A stretch of DNA of 64,000 nucleotides. Origin: Macrostomum hystrix (Eukaryota; Animalia; Platyhelminthes). The notes beneath the pieces are model-generated. The model did not search any database and was not told the origin of the DNA. It worked only from the letters and a program-made list of their open reading frames with translations. The stretch covers positions 6,014,001 through 6,078,000 of the forward strand of contig CATNEN010000025.1 in the NCBI GenBank assembly GCA_950097015.1, written 5' to 3'. Of the stretch, positions 62,026-64,000 are shown piece by piece; positions within the stretch are counted from its first letter, which is position 1; the number at the start of each line of letters is the position of its first letter. Both the position numbers and the translations under genes were made by a program.

Positions 62026-63206
62026 CTACCTGCCTACAACTGCCAAAGAATCGGCGGCTTGAGCAGTTAAAAAAGCTTCTCCAGCCAGCCAGCCATGTAA
62101 TTAGACCCCTGAGCACAGAAAGCCAGAACTCAAGTAGTTGGGCTTTGTTAATTCCTTACGGTATTTCGCACTTGGGCAATAAAAGAGTTGCAGACTGTTG
62201 CAGTTAAACAGTTGAATTCAGCTGAGTTCAGGCTGGATAGGTGCTTTTCGTCAGCTGAGGTGTCAGCTTGGCGGTAAAATGCTCTCTGACAGTATAGAAG
62301 CTTTAATTAATATAGAGAACAATGGCCCACAGGTAGAAGGCAATAAAATATCAGTGGATTAGGCCACAAGCCTGAAAAACTTGGTGCATTGTGCTAAATT
62401 GTTTGCGTGCTACAATCTTAGCTTAAATTTTAGTTTTTTTCATCGCCATTTCTCGCTAACTGGATATTTTACAAGCGCATACAATGACCGGCACTGACTC
62501 GCCTTTCACACCTCTAACTGACTTACCCGAGCTAAAAATGGCCAACAATGTCATCATTTCACATTTTCCATTTCCCGTTAAATTTTTTTTCCAAAACGGC
62601 CATTAAAATTTGATGTCTTATACCATTAATAGTCGTGTTGCACTACTCATTGAACAGCAATACAAGTAGCATGTCCAGGTTATTAGAATTGAATTCAATC
62701 GGAGGTAGTTGCTGTTAATCAGCAAGAGTTTAATCGCACATTTCAAATGCATAATATTAATAATATGTAAAGATATATATTTAGAAATATCAATAAAAAT
62801 GGCAGGCTTCAACCCCTGCTTGCGGTCTCTCTTTCTTTAGAGAAACTCGCACAGGGCACAAACTTAATATTTATATAATTAGAACAAACTTATATGCGAG
62901 AAAAATGAATGTGCATTACAAACACATTGATTTGACAATTTCCAGATTCTTCTACAAACTGATCTCGAAACCTTGCAAAATGGGCATAACAAAATTGTAG
63001 AGATCTGTACAGGGCAAAGACAAAATAACCCGCGCGCAAACGCAACAATGGCCAAGGCGAAAAAAACTGAAACAAACTTGTAGCCTAACTTCTGCAGTTT
63101 TTGGTGAGCAAAAATGCGCGTCCATTTACAATGAGAGTTATTTGCTTCTTCCTAAATAAAAACCTTTTTATAAGGAGCCAGATTGACTTGAAAATTGAAA
63201 ACTTAC

Positions 63207-63244
63207 CAGCGCGTGTAAGATAGTTTGAGAACGAATTGAGCATT
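63207..63244 (-). other. Candidate 38-nt exon of a minus-strand gene extending beyond the window
   Basis: Long polypyrimidine tract ending CTCTCCCAG and a perfect GTAAGT donor. A downstream acceptor CTGCAG lies at about 63092. Frame and identity are unresolved. Confidence 0.35.
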
Positions 63245-63339
63245 CTGGGAGAGCGGGGAACAGAGAAAGCAGACATGGGAGACCGACTGAGGAAGAAAGA
63301 AAGAGGAGAAAGGGAAACTGTAAAATCTGTGCCGTGAGA

Positions 63340-64000
63340 TGGAGAAACAAGTAGGGAAGTGGAAAACGATGGGGAAACACGTAGGGAAGTGGAAAAGGAT
63401 GGGGAAATGAGTAGGGAAGTGAAAAATGATGGGGAAACACGTAGGGAAGTGGAAAATGATGGGGAAACAAGTAGGGAAGTGGAAAAGGATGGGAAAACAC
63501 GTAGGGAAGTGGAAAATGATGGGGAAACACGTAGGGAAGTGGAAAATGATGGGGAAACAAGTAGGGAAGTGGAAAAGGATGGGAAAACACGAAGGGAAGT
63601 GGAAAATGATGGGGAAACACGTAGGGAAGTGGAAAATGATGGGGAAACAAGTAGGGAAGTGGAAAATGATGGGGAAACAAGTAGGGAAGTGGAAAATGAT
63701 GGTGAAACACGTAGGGAAGTGGAAAACGATGGGGAAACACGTAGGGAAGTGGAAAACGATGGGGAAACACGTAGGGAAGTGGAAAATGATGGGGAAATGA
63801 GTAGGGAAGTGGAAAATGATGGGAAACACGTAGGGAAGTGGAAAATGATGGTGAAACACGTAGGGAAGTGGAAAATGATGGGGAAACACGTAGGGAAGTG
63901 GAAAATGATGGGGAAACACGTAGGGAAGTGGAAAATGATGGGGAAACACGTAGGGAAGTGGAAAATGATGGGGAAACACGTAGGGAAGTAGAAAATGATG
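63340..64000. repeat. 30/29-bp purine-rich minisatellite (GTAGGGAAGTGGAAAATGATGGGGAAACAC), runs off the window end
   Basis: Visible tandem. Confidence 0.95.

Noticed and set aside
60800-62230. Protein-coding exons around the 20-mer array
   Set aside because: Splice-like sites exist but no frame stays open or shows homology; possibly UTR, outron or lncRNA.

Overview
Eukaryotic (metazoan) genomic DNA with spliced, GC-rich exons, AT-rich flanks and roughly 30% (hand estimate) tandem minisatellite. The style suggests a flatworm such as Macrostomum; this is inference and was not verified. Gene models were built by hand from GT-AG sites and frame continuity: a complete Neurexin IV/Caspr gene (+, 7 exons), an MTMR9-like pseudophosphatase (-), a full-length Mag-type Ty3/Gypsy LTR retrotransposon (-), a tandem pair of unknown paralogs with patchy near-identity (+), XPA, an ENPP4/5-like ectoenzyme and NAA40 (all +), a three-thioredoxin PDIA5-like gene (-) and a coiled-coil gene (-). 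Two tRNA-derived SINE families and about 25 locus-specific tandem arrays are also present. Main leads: (1) XPA and NAA40 have no in-frame genomic ATG and start at phase-0 splice acceptors, as expected if the flatworm spliced leader (which ends in AUG) supplies the start codon; (2) 14 of 21 modelled introns hold a minisatellite, with related arrays bracketing single exons and one intron built almost entirely of perfect decoy 5' splice sites; (3) the paralog pair is mosaic and may carry a degenerate TIR-like domain. No CRISPR, rRNA or true tRNA genes were found. The long repetitive ORFs in the track are by-products of the arrays.
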